The notes under the pieces were generated by a model, which ran no database searches, was not told the DNA's origin, and saw only the letters and a program-made list of their open reading frames with translations. From Verrucomicrobiota bacterium (GTDB lineage Bacteria > Verrucomicrobiota > Verrucomicrobiia > Limisphaerales > CANJXF01), in NCBI GenBank assembly GCA_038214755.1, contig JBBQRQ010000041.1, positions 1 through 42,498 on the forward strand: 42,498 nucleotides of DNA. Direction: 5' to 3'. Below, piece by piece: positions 25,818 to 34,945 of this stretch. Position 1 is the first letter of the stretch; every line of letters begins with the position of its first letter. Position numbers and translations under genes: made by a program.

Positions 25818-28466
25818 ATGGCTCGAAAAGCAGCACCTCCGTCGCCCGCGCCGCATGGTTTCAACGACACCATTGGCATCGCGCTCATCGCCGCGGCGCT
25901 GTTGTTGATGGTCGCGCTCCTCACGCACGACCGGCGCGATCTCTCGGTCAATTCCGTTCCGCCCAACGAAGCGACCCACAATCTCGGCGGCCCGATCGGC
26001 GCGTGGGCTGCGAACAAAATGTTTTTCGTGTTTGGCGCGGGTGCATTTATTTTGCCGTTGCTCATGCTGGCGTTTGGCGTCGGTCATATTTTTCAATTTC
26101 TTTCTTATCTCCGACAGCGCTGGTTTTGGGCGGCCATTTTATTTTTCACCTGCCTCGGTCTGCTCGGATTTTATTCGTCGTGGTTTCCAGTCTTGACCCA
26201 AAATTTAAATGCGCCCGGCGCGGGTGGTCTCGTTGGTTTGATGGCGGACAAATATATTCGCCAATTGTTCGGACTGACTGGCGCGACCATTATTTTTCTG
26301 ACGTTTTATCTGCTCGCGCTGTTGAACCTGACCAATTTTCAACTGGGCGAATGGCTGCGCGCGAAGTGGTCGCCCGCTTTGAAGATCGATCCGAACGCGA
26401 CGCCGGACGAGAGAGAATTGGGAAAACGCGCGCGCGAGTTGGAAAAACAAGCCCGCAAATTACAGGAGCAAGAAACGGCCAGACTCGAGAAAGTCGCGGC
26501 CAGTTCTGAAAAGGAAAAATCTTCCGGCCTCGGCGCGGACTTGAAACCAGTCCCCACTCCGACCGTGCGCGATTTAAGTTTTCCCCAAACCAAACCGGAG
26601 CGTGGCGGAATATCCAAAACAGCAGAGCCGGAAAAGCGGAATGAGAAACCCGAAGTCGTTTTGGAAGAAGTTATTTCCGCGAAGGAAATTATCGCAGCGA
26701 CCACCGCTGACATTCTCGGAAAATCCGCCGGTAAAAATTCCGAGAGCGAGGAAATATCTTCCGCCGAATCCGCCGCCAGAAATGAAAATGGTTTGCCGGA
26801 GCCAATCATCACTTTGCCGGAAGCTTCGGGCAATGCCTTGAGAATTAAATCCGCCCCGCGCAAACCGAAGCCGATCACCGTCGCCTCCACGCCCATCATC
26901 GGAAATTATCAACTGCCCCCGCTCGATTTATTGCGCCATCCCGATATGACGGTGAAGGCGACCGAATCGAAGGAGGAATTGATGGCCAACGCGCGGCTCA
27001 TGCAGCAGACCCTCGCGCAATTCGACATCGAAGTTTCTCTCGGCGACATCACCAAAGGCCCGACCATCACGCGTTACGAATTGCATCCCGCGCCCGGCGT
27101 GCGCATGGAAAAAATTACCGCGCTCAACAACAACATTGCCGCGGTGTTGAAAGCGGAACGGATCAATATTCTCGCGCCGGTTCCCGGAAAAAGTTCGGTC
27201 GGAGTGGAGGTTCCGAACCTGATCAAAACGAAAGTCATCATTCGCGATCTGCTCGAATCCGAAGAATGGCAAAACACGAAGGCGCGCATTCCGCTCGCGC
27301 TGGGCAAAGATGTCTATGGCCACCCGATTATCGCCGATCTCGCGGAGATGCCGCACTTGCTCATCGCGGGCAGCACCGGTTCGGGAAAATCCGTTTGCAT
27401 CAATTCGATCATCGCCTCGTTGCTTTACAAATTTTCTCCAGACCAACTCCGCTTCGTCATGATCGATCCGAAGGTGGTCGAGTTGCAGCAATACAACGCG
27501 CTGCCGCATCTCGTCGTCCCCGTTGTCAACGATCCGAAAAAAGTCATTCTCGCTCTGCGCTGGGTCGTCAACGAAATGGAAAAGCGTTACCAGATTTTCG
27601 CGAAAGTCGGCGTGCGCAACGTGAAATCTTTCAACGAACGACCGAAGAACAAACCCATTCCGCAAGCAGAACCGGAACTTCCGCTGATGGCGAAAAAAGA
27701 AAAAGTGGAAGCTGGTTCGGAAGGTTTCGCCGTGGAACTCGACGAGGAAATCGTCGTGCCGCGCGACGACGATATTGTCATTCCGGAAAAACTTTCCTAC
27801 ATCGTCGTCATCATCGACGAGCTTGCGGACTTGATGCTCGTCGCTCCCGCCGATGTCGAAATGGCGATTGCGCGCATCACGCAAATGGCGCGCGCGGCGG
27901 GGATTCATTGCATCGTCGCGACGCAACGTCCGAGCGTCGATGTCATCACCGGCGTGATCAAGGCGAACATCCCGGCGCGCATCGCGTTTCAAGTTGCGGC
28001 ACGGGTGGACTCGCGCACGATTCTCGATGCGATGGGCGCGGACAAATTGTTGGGCAAAGGCGACATGCTTTATTTGCCGCCCGGCTCCGCCAGATTGATT
28101 CGCGCGCAAGGCGCATTGATCACCGATCAGGAAATTCAGGACATCGTCGATTTCATCGCGAAACAGGGCAAGCCGAGTTACGAAATTGAAATTCACAAGC
28201 AGTTGCAGAAGCCATTGATGATCGATAACGAAGGCGGTTGTGACGAAGACGAATCGCTCATCGAGCAATGCATCGAGGTGATTCGCAGCGAACAAAAAGC
28301 GAGCGTCTCGCTCATGCAACGCCGCCTGCGCCTGGGCTACACGCGCGCCGCCCGCATCATGGATGAACTGGAAAATCGCGGCGTCGTCGGCCCCAGCAAA
28401 GGCGCGGAGCCGCGGGATATTTTAATTGATCTGGATGGCGGGGGGGCGGATGGGGCGGGGCAATAG
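25818..28466 (+). CDS. ftsK: DNA translocase FtsK/SpoIIIE
   Basis: N-terminal TM segments, PHLLIAGSTGSGKS, IDPK, IIDELADLM, ATQRPS, LLGKGDML, gamma domain QRRLRLGYTRAAR. Confidence 0.97.
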   Translation: MARKAAPPSPAPHGFNDTIGIALIAAALLLMVALLTHDRRDLSVNSVPPNEATHNLGGPIGAWAANKMFFVFGAGAFILPLLMLAFGVGHIFQFLSYLRQRWFWAAILFFTCLGLLGFYSSWFPVLTQNLNAPGAGGLVGLMADKYIRQLFGLTGATIIFLTFYLLALLNLTNFQLGEWLRAKWSPALKIDPNATPDERELGKRARELEKQARKLQEQETARLEKVAASSEKEKSSGLGADLKPVPTPTVRDLSFPQTKPERGGISKTAEPEKRNEKPEVVLEEVISAKEIIAATTADILGKSAGKNSESEEISSAESAARNENGLPEPIITLPEASGNALRIKSAPRKPKPITVASTPIIGNYQLPPLDLLRHPDMTVKATESKEELMANARLMQQTLAQFDIEVSLGDITKGPTITRYELHPAPGVRMEKITALNNNIAAVLKAERINILAPVPGKSSVGVEVPNLIKTKVIIRDLLESEEWQNTKARIPLALGKDVYGHPIIADLAEMPHLLIAGSTGSGKSVCINSIIASLLYKFSPDQLRFVMIDPKVVELQQYNALPHLVVPVVNDPKKVILALRWVVNEMEKRYQIFAKVGVRNVKSFNERPKNKPIPQAEPELPLMAKKEKVEAGSEGFAVELDEEIVVPRDDDIVIPEKLSYIVVIIDELADLMLVAPADVEMAIARITQMARAAGIHCIVATQRPSVDVITGVIKANIPARIAFQVAARVDSRTILDAMGADKLLGKGDMLYLPPGSARLIRAQGALITDQEIQDIVDFIAKQGKPSYEIEIHKQLQKPLMIDNEGGCDEDESLIEQCIEVIRSEQKASVSLMQRRLRLGYTRAARIMDELENRGVVGPSKGAEPRDILIDLDGGGADGAGQ

Positions 28467-28506
28467 AAAGTGGCGAAGAAATTGCCGGAGAGCGGGCACA
28501 ACGCGG

Positions 28507-28710
28507 CTATCGCCCAAAGACTTCGACGATGCTGTCGGTATCAATGAGCACTGCTTCCTTCTCGCCGAAATAAATGATGAGATGATAGTCCCTGGTTGCC
28601 CCGACATCTCTGGGTTCCTTGAACGTATATTGCGCGCCGTTGTTGAGGCGAACGCCAAAGGAGCGAAACGGTTGGCGTTCCACCACGCCCTTGATGTCTT
28701 TGACTTTCAT
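28507..28710 (-). CDS. small hypothetical protein (PFxxF family), copy A
   Basis: 67 aa, QPFRSFGVRLNNG; TTGCCG-N16-TATTTT-N6-ATG; near-identical paralog at 29925. Confidence 0.82.
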   Translation of the reverse strand: MKVKDIKGVVERQPFRSFGVRLNNGAQYTFKEPRDVGATRDYHLIIYFGEKEAVLIDTDSIVEVFGR

Positions 28711-28758
28711 GAAGTAAAAATAGCGTCAGGAGCGGGCGCGGCAAGGCTGGATTTGCGT

Positions 28759-28787
28759 GATGAGTTGGAAAATCGCGGCGTCGTCGG
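28759..28787 (+). repeat. short duplicated ftsK 3' fragment (DELENRGVVG)
   Basis: 27 of 29 nt match 28362-28390; truncated by the adjacent REP element. Confidence 0.85.
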
Positions 28788-28788
28788 T

Positions 28789-28970
28789 CTCTCATTAGCA
28801 CCCGGCTTCAGCCGGGTGAACAGGAACCGATTGCAACCCTTAACCGCTTTAGCGGTTTCCCGCATGAGGAAAACCGCTGAAGCGGTTGAACTCCCCCCAT
28901 CACTTCAACACCCGGCTCAAGCCGGGTGCTAATGAGATTCGGAACGAACATTTCGAGAAACTGAGATGCG
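28789..28970. mobile_element. REP/MITE element with nested inverted repeats
   Basis: CTCATTAGCACCCGGCTTCAGCCGGGTG...CACCCGGCTCAAGCCGGGTGCTAATGAG outer pair, inner AACCGC...GCGGTT pair, right terminus GAAACTGAGATGCG. Confidence 0.85.
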
Positions 28971-29022
28971 GACGGCGCAGGGCAAGAATTGTAGAGCAAA
29001 TAATTGGTGCTACGATTCAGGC

Positions 29023-29344
29023 GTGAAAAAAACTCCACTGCCGTCCACGTTCCGAAGACTTTTTTTTGTTGCGTCCATCATCAGCGGCCTCGCTGTTCCA
29101 GCGCAAACGGTGAGGATCGCGGTTTCGGGAAATAATGGTTACGGCGAGGCGTGGGTGCCAGCCGATTTACCCAACGTCAAAACAGCCATTATCGAAGCGA
29201 ACAGCGGGTTGGCTCTTTTATCGAATGGACGGCTCGCGGCGTGGGGACGCAATTTTGACGAACCCGCCTGTGATGGGCGCCAGCGATTTCAGTGTGCCCG
29301 CGACAAATCAGCTTCGGTTTTTTCGGGTTTCTGAAGGGGAGTAA
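29023..29344 (+). pseudogene. internally deleted remnant of a secreted RCC1-repeat-like protein
   Basis: Signal peptide and LALLSNGRLAAWGRN, joined out of frame to a C-terminus ending TNQLRFFRVSEGE*. Confidence 0.6.
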
Positions 29345-29457
29345 AAACGTTGTTACCCTGCGCAAACTTCTCGGCGAACGTCGAGAGATGCAATTCGAGG
29401 TGAACCACCCAAAAATGTTTTCTTTTCCAGCCGAGATGTCGGACATATTCTTTGACC

Positions 29458-29655
29458 ATGAGCGTGCAAGAACTTGAATCAATTGTGACCAAGCTCCCGG
29501 CTGACGAACTGGCTCGTTTCTCCGAGTGGTTCGAGGAATTCATGGCTGACCAATGGGATCGGCAAATCGAACAGGACATGCTCGCAGGCCGCCTCGACGC
29601 CGCAATTAAACGCGCCGACGAAAATTACGAAGCAGGCCATTGCAAACCGCTTTGA
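29458..29655 (+). CDS. putative antitoxin
   Basis: MSVQELE...LARFSEWFEEF..DQWDRQIEQD..AGRLD; TTGA coupling to the toxin. Confidence 0.85.
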   Translation: MSVQELESIVTKLPADELARFSEWFEEFMADQWDRQIEQDMLAGRLDAAIKRADENYEAGHCKPL

Positions 29656-29911
29656 ACCATCTCGCCGATCCAGATTTCTGGTTTCACTACCGCCAACTTC
29701 CAGACGGCATTCGCGCTCTTGCGGACAAAATTTCCAACTGCTTAAAGCGAATCCGAGGCATCCGTCCATTCAATTGAAAAAGATCGGTGTTCTTTATTCA
29801 GCGCGAGTTGGACTTCACTATCGCGCCCTCGCGAGAGAACGTCCCGATGGTCTTCAGTGGTTTTGGATTGGACATCATTCGGCTTACGATCAGTTGCTCC
29901 GTCTGCGGTAA
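29652..29911 (+). pseudogene. ParE-like toxin with a 1-nt deletion
   Basis: Restoring one A at 29727-29730 gives an intact frame: NHLADPDFW...DKNFQLLKANPRHPSIQLKKIG..SARVGLHYRALA...WFWIGHHSAYD. Confidence 0.85.
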
Positions 29912-29924
29912 GGAATTTTAGTTA

Positions 29925-30125
29925 TCACCTAAAGACTTCGATGATGCTGTCGGTCTCAATGAGCACTGCTTCTTTTTCGCCGAAATAAATGATGAGATGA
30001 TAGTCCCTGGTTGCCCCGACATCTCTGGGTTCCTTGAACGTATATTGCGCGCCGTTGTTCAGGCGAATGCCAAAGGAGCGAAACGGTTGACGTTCCACCA
30101 AGCCTTTGATGTCTTCAACTTTCAT
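29925..30125 (-). CDS. small hypothetical protein (PFxxF family), copy B
   Basis: 66 aa, near-identical to 28507-28710 including its upstream promoter region. Confidence 0.82.
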   Translation of the reverse strand: MKVEDIKGLVERQPFRSFGIRLNNGAQYTFKEPRDVGATRDYHLIIYFGEKEAVLIETDSIIEVFR

Positions 30126-30175
30126 GGCGTAAAAATAGCGTCAGGAGCGGGCACGGCAAGGCGGGATACGTGCAC

Positions 30176-30279
30176 TGAATTGGAGAATCGCGGCGTTGTG
30201 AGCGCGAGTAAAGGCTGAGGCACGGGAGATTTTAAATTGATCTGGACGGCGGCGGAGCCGATGGAGCGGGGCAATAGAA
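30176..30279 (+). pseudogene. degenerate duplicate of the last ~35 codons of ftsK
   Basis: Collinear with 28364-28468 (ELENRGVV.ASKG...IDLDGGGADGAGQ*), with indels and a stop. Confidence 0.88.
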
Positions 30280-30283
30280 CAGC

Positions 30284-30343
30284 AGACTTCCACAATGCTG
30301 TCGTTCTGAATGGACACTGCTTCCTTCTCGCCGAAATAAATAT
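30284..30343 (-). pseudogene. 3' remnant of a third PFxxF-family gene copy
   Basis: AGACTTCCACAATGCTGTCG...CACTGCTTCCTTCTCGCCGAAATAAA matches 28518-28574. Confidence 0.82.
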
Positions 30344-30365
30344 CAACGATAGTCCACAGTTGAAA

Positions 30366-31016
30366 CTAGTTTTCTTTGATGCCGCTGACTTCAGCGCGCA
30401 CCGCTTTTGGATCGGTCACCAACGCTTTAAATCTCCACTCTTTTCGCGGCTCAATGATGGGCGTGTAATCCGACGCGGAACCGATTTTGGTTTCGTTGGC
30501 GTCGAACAAATCCAAATCCACTTTCACGGCGAAACGCTGGCGATCGGATTCGTTGCGAATCGTTCCCACTGCATACAACAAGCGGCTGCCGGATTTCTCG
30601 AGGACGACTTCGCCCGGCGGCAAACCATTCCAATCGGCGTCGTCGGGTGAAATTTTCTTAACAGGCGGAACGATTTTTTTACGATGCCTGATGGGAGGAG
30701 AGGTTTCGTCCGCCGGTGCGGGTTTGACGGCGGAAACTTCGTTGACGCGTGGTAATGGAGTCCCGGAGTGTTTTCTCGCGGCCAAAATTCCAATGGCGGT
30801 CGCGCCAGCTAAGGAACAAAAAACCAGCGCGATAACGAGAATTGATTTACTGCGTCGAGGACTCGGAGGCTCCCACCGCGAAGTGGTGCGAACCAATTGA
30901 GTCTCTTCTCTACAGTGCGGGCAGCGGATGGATCGACCAATTCCTTCCTCAGGAAATTCGATATTGCCACCGCAATTTTTGCACGCGCATTTTAAAAAAG
31001 TTTCAGATGGCATCAC
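30366..31016 (-). CDS. zinc-ribbon, transmembrane and FxLYD-domain protein
   Basis: CKNC...CPHC N-terminus, one TM helix, C-terminal GTIRNES...VDLDLFDANETKIG. Confidence 0.8.
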   Translation of the reverse strand: MMPSETFLKCACKNCGGNIEFPEEGIGRSIRCPHCREETQLVRTTSRWEPPSPRRSKSILVIALVFCSLAGATAIGILAARKHSGTPLPRVNEVSAVKPAPADETSPPIRHRKKIVPPVKKISPDDADWNGLPPGEVVLEKSGSRLLYAVGTIRNESDRQRFAVKVDLDLFDANETKIGSASDYTPIIEPRKEWRFKALVTDPKAVRAEVSGIKEN

Positions 31017-31139
31017 GTTAACATTTCAGGCCCGTCATCCTAGACGCCTAGAGTTGGCAAACAGAAACAAAAAAAATCCGGGCGCTCTTTTGCGGCCAGA
31101 CCGATGGAACGAGTTGTCGAAAATACGCCCAACCGCGAA

Positions 31140-31247
31140 CGGAGCGCGGCGTCCACGCGGCTTCAACGTCCGGTCGTCAGAGCGGCATGGAAATTCATTG
31201 GAATTTTCTACGCTCGCAATCCGAAGCGGCGTAAAACGCCGCGCTCC
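31140..31247. repeat. REP doublet
   Basis: GGAGCGCGGCGTCCACGCGGCTTC...GAAGCGGCGTAAAACGCCGCGCTCC. Confidence 0.78.
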
Positions 31248-31350
31248 TTTTCGCGTCAGGCTTCGGGCAACACGCCCGGAAGTTGCGCCCACCAGCGGTC
31301 GTGGCGATTCTGCGATTGCAAATTTTGTCATCGCATCTTACAACCTCCCC

Positions 31351-32310
31351 ATGAATCGCATTGCACTAAGCCTGCTCGGCCTGAGCGCGCTCCTCGCCAC
31401 CTCGATGTTTGCCGCAGAGATTAAATATTCCAACGAACCTGATTTCTTTGAGGCTAATCCCGACGGAAAACAACTCGGCCCTTGTCACGGGGGCGTCGTC
31501 ATCGACAAGGCGGGGAAAATTTATGTCACCACGGACACCGAGCGCGGCATTGTCGTTTTCACACCGAAAGGAAAATTCCTCCGCGCTTTTGGTCCGACTC
31601 GAATTCACGGGTTGGAGTTTCGTGAGGAGAAGGGCGTTGAATACATTTATGGAGCGCGCCCTTCCGAGCACGAAGTCATCAAGCTCAAGCTCGACGGCAC
31701 GATTGAGTGGACGATTCATTCTCCGAACGAATCGGATATTTATAAGGATGAAAAAAAATTCAATCCATGCGCCGTCACTGTCGCGCCCGACGGCTCGATC
31801 TTTATCGCCGACGGTTACGGAGCGAACTACGTGTTGAAGTACGACAAGGACCGAAACTTCATCAAAGCCTTTGGCGGGCCGGGGACGGAGGAGGGAAAAT
31901 TCAAGACCTGTCACGGAATCGCATTGGACAAGCGACAGGGAAAGCCACTGCTCCTGGTTTGCAATCGCAACAACAACCGCGTGGAGTATTGGGATCTCGA
32001 TGGCAACTTCGTTCGCGTCATCCAGAAAGACCTGCGCTTGCCCGCCGCTGTTCACATACGAGGCGACTACGCAGTCATTCCCGAATTACAAGGCCGCGTT
32101 ACCGTGCTGGACAAGGCGGGGAATATCGTTGCGCAAGTCGGCGATAATCCAGACCCGAAACAGCGCGCGAATTTTGGGTTGCCCCAGGACCAATGGAAGG
32201 AAGGCATCTGCAATTCTCCGCACGGAGCGTCCATCGACAAAAAGGGCAACTTGATTGTGGCGGAATGGAGTGCGTTTGGTCATCTGCACAAATTTAAGAA
32301 GGAGAAATAG
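31351..32310 (+). CDS. secreted NHL-repeat beta-propeller protein (peptidylglycine lyase-like)
   Basis: Signal peptide; HG motifs, IFIADGYG, GKFKTCHGI, CNRNNNRV, PHG..ID..GNLIVAEW. Confidence 0.85.
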   Translation: MNRIALSLLGLSALLATSMFAAEIKYSNEPDFFEANPDGKQLGPCHGGVVIDKAGKIYVTTDTERGIVVFTPKGKFLRAFGPTRIHGLEFREEKGVEYIYGARPSEHEVIKLKLDGTIEWTIHSPNESDIYKDEKKFNPCAVTVAPDGSIFIADGYGANYVLKYDKDRNFIKAFGGPGTEEGKFKTCHGIALDKRQGKPLLLVCNRNNNRVEYWDLDGNFVRVIQKDLRLPAAVHIRGDYAVIPELQGRVTVLDKAGNIVAQVGDNPDPKQRANFGLPQDQWKEGICNSPHGASIDKKGNLIVAEWSAFGHLHKFKKEK

Positions 32311-32318
32311 GTTTCTCC

Positions 32319-32600
32319 AAATCCGAAATCCGAAGCCCGAAATCCGAAAGAAATCCGAAGCCCGAAGGCCCGAAGATCTTGCGGAACTTTCCCAGCCGCA
32401 AATAATTTTTTTTGACCAAGGTCCAATGATAATCGGTGGAATTTGTCGGTGGCTGGTAGGCGCGTCACTCCGTGCGCGCCCTACCTTCAAAATACCGATC
32501 TTCATGGGTAAATGATGCGTCAACCGAGAGCCGCTTTCGGCATTCGGATTTCGGTCTTCTTTCAGATTTCGGGGGATTCGGATTTCGGATTTCGGATTTC
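32319..32600. repeat. inverted heptamer-repeat element (AATCCGA)n...(TTCGGAT)n enclosing a collapsed RAYT-type REP
   Basis: Left arm about 32319-32374, right arm about 32536-32600; GGTAGGCGCGTCACTCCGTGCGCGCCCTACC at 32455-32485. Confidence 0.85.
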
Positions 32601-32678
32601 AGAGTTGGGTTAATTGAGTTCTCCCCCGAACAAAAAATTAGCGGCGCTCACAGAGACGCCGCTACAATTCAAAATTTT

Positions 32679-34169
32679 TTACCCGATCAATTCGTGAACG
32701 ATCCGGGCCTGCTCCACTCCGGTTAGTCGTTGGTCAAGACCTTGATAACGAAACGTAAAACGTTCGTGATTCATGCCGAGCAACCGCAGCACCGTCGCGT
32801 GGAAATCGTGGATATGCACCGGGTCTTTCACGATGTTGTAGGAAAAATCATCCGTCTCACCAAAAACCGTTCCAGCCTTCGCGCCGCCGCCCGCCATCCA
32901 CATGGTGAAGCAACGCGGATGATGATCGCGCCCGTAATTTTCTTTGGTCAGTCCGCCTTGCGAATAAATCGTGCGACCGAATTCCCCGCCCCAAATCACC
33001 AGGGTCGATTCAAGCAAGCCGCGTTGTTTCAAATCCTGGATCAATCCGTAACACGCTTGATCGACGTCTTTGCATTGCATCGGCAAACGACCGGAGACGT
33101 TGGAATGCGTGTCCCAATTGTTGTGATAAATCTGCACGAAACGAACGCCGCGCTCGACCATGCGCCGCGCCAGCAACGCGCTTTGCGCGAACGTCCCCGG
33201 CTTCTTCGCCTCGTCGCCGTACAGTTGATAAGTAGAGTCCGGTTCGTTCGAAACGTTGGTCAAGTCGGGCACGCTGGACTGCATTCGAAACGCTAACTCA
33301 AATTGTTCGATGCGGGTGTGAGTCTCAGGATCGCCGACCTGGCGGAAATTTAATTCGTTCAACGCTTTCAATCCGTCCAACGTTTTGCGGCGCACATCAG
33401 AAGAAACGCCCGGTGGATTATTGATGAACAAAATCGGGTCGCCCGCGGAACGGAAAGAAACTCCCGCGTGTTGCCCCGGCAAAAATCCCGACGACCAGAG
33501 ACGCCCGGAAATGGCTTGCACCTGTTCGGTGTTCGACGGCTTGGCGATGAGCACAACAAAGGTCGGCAAATCTTTGTTCATCGAGCCGAGCCCATAAGAA
33601 ACCCACGAACCCATGCAGGGGCGACCGGTGATTTGATTCCCGGTCTGCATGTAACAGATTGCCGGTTCATGGTTGATCGCTTCGGTGTGCATCGAGCGCA
33701 CGAAGCACATGTCGTCCACCATTTTTCCAGTCCACGGAAGTAATTCGCTGACCCACATTTCACTCTTGCCGGGCTGGGTGAATTTATATTTCGACGGCGC
33801 GACCGGAAACCGAGCCTGACCGGAAGTCATGGTCGTGAGTCTTTGGCCTTTGCGAATCGATTCCGGCAAATCCTTGTCGTAAAAGTCCTGCATCATCGGC
33901 TTGTAATCATACAAATCCATTTGTGGCGGGCCTCCGACCATGTGCAGATAAATAATTTGTTTCGCCTTCGGCGCAAAATGCGGCGCGACAAATTTGTCAG
34001 CACTGGTTGCGATGCCGGATTTTTTCTGAGCAGCGGACAAAATATTTGGCGCGAGCATTCCGAGCGCGGCGGCGCCCATAAAACTTGCGCCGCGCCGGAA
34101 AAATTGTCGGCGCGTTTCGTAACGGACGTAATCTTTTATCAGCGGATGGAGTTCAAATTGCGGGTTCAT
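32679..34169 (-). CDS. DUF1501 domain protein (sulfatase-like, twin-arginine N-terminus)
   Basis: TRRQFFRR, HFAPKAK..IYL.M.GGP.QMD..DYKP, ERGVRFVQ, WDTH, WGGEFGRT, GRDHHP. Confidence 0.92.
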   Translation of the reverse strand: MNPQFELHPLIKDYVRYETRRQFFRRGASFMGAAALGMLAPNILSAAQKKSGIATSADKFVAPHFAPKAKQIIYLHMVGGPPQMDLYDYKPMMQDFYDKDLPESIRKGQRLTTMTSGQARFPVAPSKYKFTQPGKSEMWVSELLPWTGKMVDDMCFVRSMHTEAINHEPAICYMQTGNQITGRPCMGSWVSYGLGSMNKDLPTFVVLIAKPSNTEQVQAISGRLWSSGFLPGQHAGVSFRSAGDPILFINNPPGVSSDVRRKTLDGLKALNELNFRQVGDPETHTRIEQFELAFRMQSSVPDLTNVSNEPDSTYQLYGDEAKKPGTFAQSALLARRMVERGVRFVQIYHNNWDTHSNVSGRLPMQCKDVDQACYGLIQDLKQRGLLESTLVIWGGEFGRTIYSQGGLTKENYGRDHHPRCFTMWMAGGGAKAGTVFGETDDFSYNIVKDPVHIHDFHATVLRLLGMNHERFTFRYQGLDQRLTGVEQARIVHELIG

Positions 34170-34313
34170 ACGGTCTTTTCTTATCGCGAACGATATCCCA
34201 AAAAAACCGTTCTCGAAAGTTTTTCCTGAGGTTTAATTTTGAATCCGGCGCGTCTCAGTTTCTTGAAAGCGCACGGTTTTATCGCATCAGCCGCCGCGAT
34301 GCTCTGGCGCGAT

Positions 34314-34405
34314 AGCGTCTTGGACTGCGCCAGCCCTCTGGCGCTTTTGGAGCGGTAGCAATTCATCGAAAGCGCCTGAGGGCTGGCGCAGTCCAAAACC
34401 TGGCG
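34314..34405. repeat. REP doublet
   Basis: GCGTCTTGGACTGCGCCAGCCCTCTGGCGCTTT...AAAGCGCCTGAGGGCTGGCGCAGTCCAA; IR remnant GGCGCGTCTCAGTTTC at about 34247. Confidence 0.82.
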
Positions 34406-34454
34406 GGCTGTTGCGCCCATTTTCATCCATCAGCCTAAATGCTGGATTTGAATT

Positions 34455-34925
34455 TCAAGCGCCGCTCAAGGTAATTTCCGCCTGGGCCAAAATTCTGTCT
34501 CCGAGAGACGCGACTCCCTTGGCTTGAATTAAATTCCCGAGTCGCGCGGAAATCTCGGCGCCCAGTTGAATGACTTCTCGCGGCCTGGCGCTGCCGAAAA
34601 TTTTTACGCCGCGAATGGCCGTGAGTTTCAATCCTTTCAGCGGCGCAATTTGCGGATCGGTTTGCGCGATGACACCCGCCAGTTGCGCAATGGCTTCGAG
34701 CAACAACACGCCGGGAAAAAGCGGCTCGCCCGGAAAATGGCCACGCAAAAATTCTTCCGTGCCCCGAATGGTGTATTTCCCGGAACCGCTTTTTCCAGGA
34801 TTAAGAGAGAGGATCTCATCGACAAATCGAAACTCCGGCCCGTGCGGCAATCGAGCCAACGCCATTCGCAGGGCGTCATTCGATGTTGAGTGTTCGATGT
34901 TCGATGTTCGATGTTCCGCCTTCAA
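34455..34925 (-). CDS. 3-hydroxyacyl-ACP dehydratase, FabA/FabZ family
   Basis: LPHGPEFRFVD, FLRGHFPGEPLFPGVLLLEAIAQ; start is either TTG 34925 (includes heptamer-derived residues) or ATG 34865. Confidence 0.88.
   Translation of the reverse strand: MKAEHRTSNIEHSTSNDALRMALARLPHGPEFRFVDEILSLNPGKSGSGKYTIRGTEEFLRGHFPGEPLFPGVLLLEAIAQLAGVIAQTDPQIAPLKGLKLTAIRGVKIFGSARPREVIQLGAEISARLGNLIQAKGVASLGDRILAQAEITLSGA
34880..34916. repeat. heptamer repeat (CGATGTT)n
   Basis: About 5 units; same unit as 886-951. Confidence 0.85.
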
Positions 34926-34945
34926 AACATTCCGTCCCGCCCGAT

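Noticed and set aside
26928..28319. Long antisense ORFs (also 3400-4521, 9288-10163, 22382-23605, 38195-38977)
   Set aside because: These are shadow frames opposite well-supported genes in GC-rich DNA, with no recognisable motifs.
28507..30343. Diversity-generating retroelement or integron explanation for the repeated small genes
   Set aside because: There is no reverse transcriptase or IntI, the differences are not adenine-specific, and no attC-like sites are evident.
30928..31350. N-terminal extension of the NHL protein (460-aa ORF)
   Set aside because: It overlaps the divergent gene and a REP; the signal peptide begins at ATG 31351.
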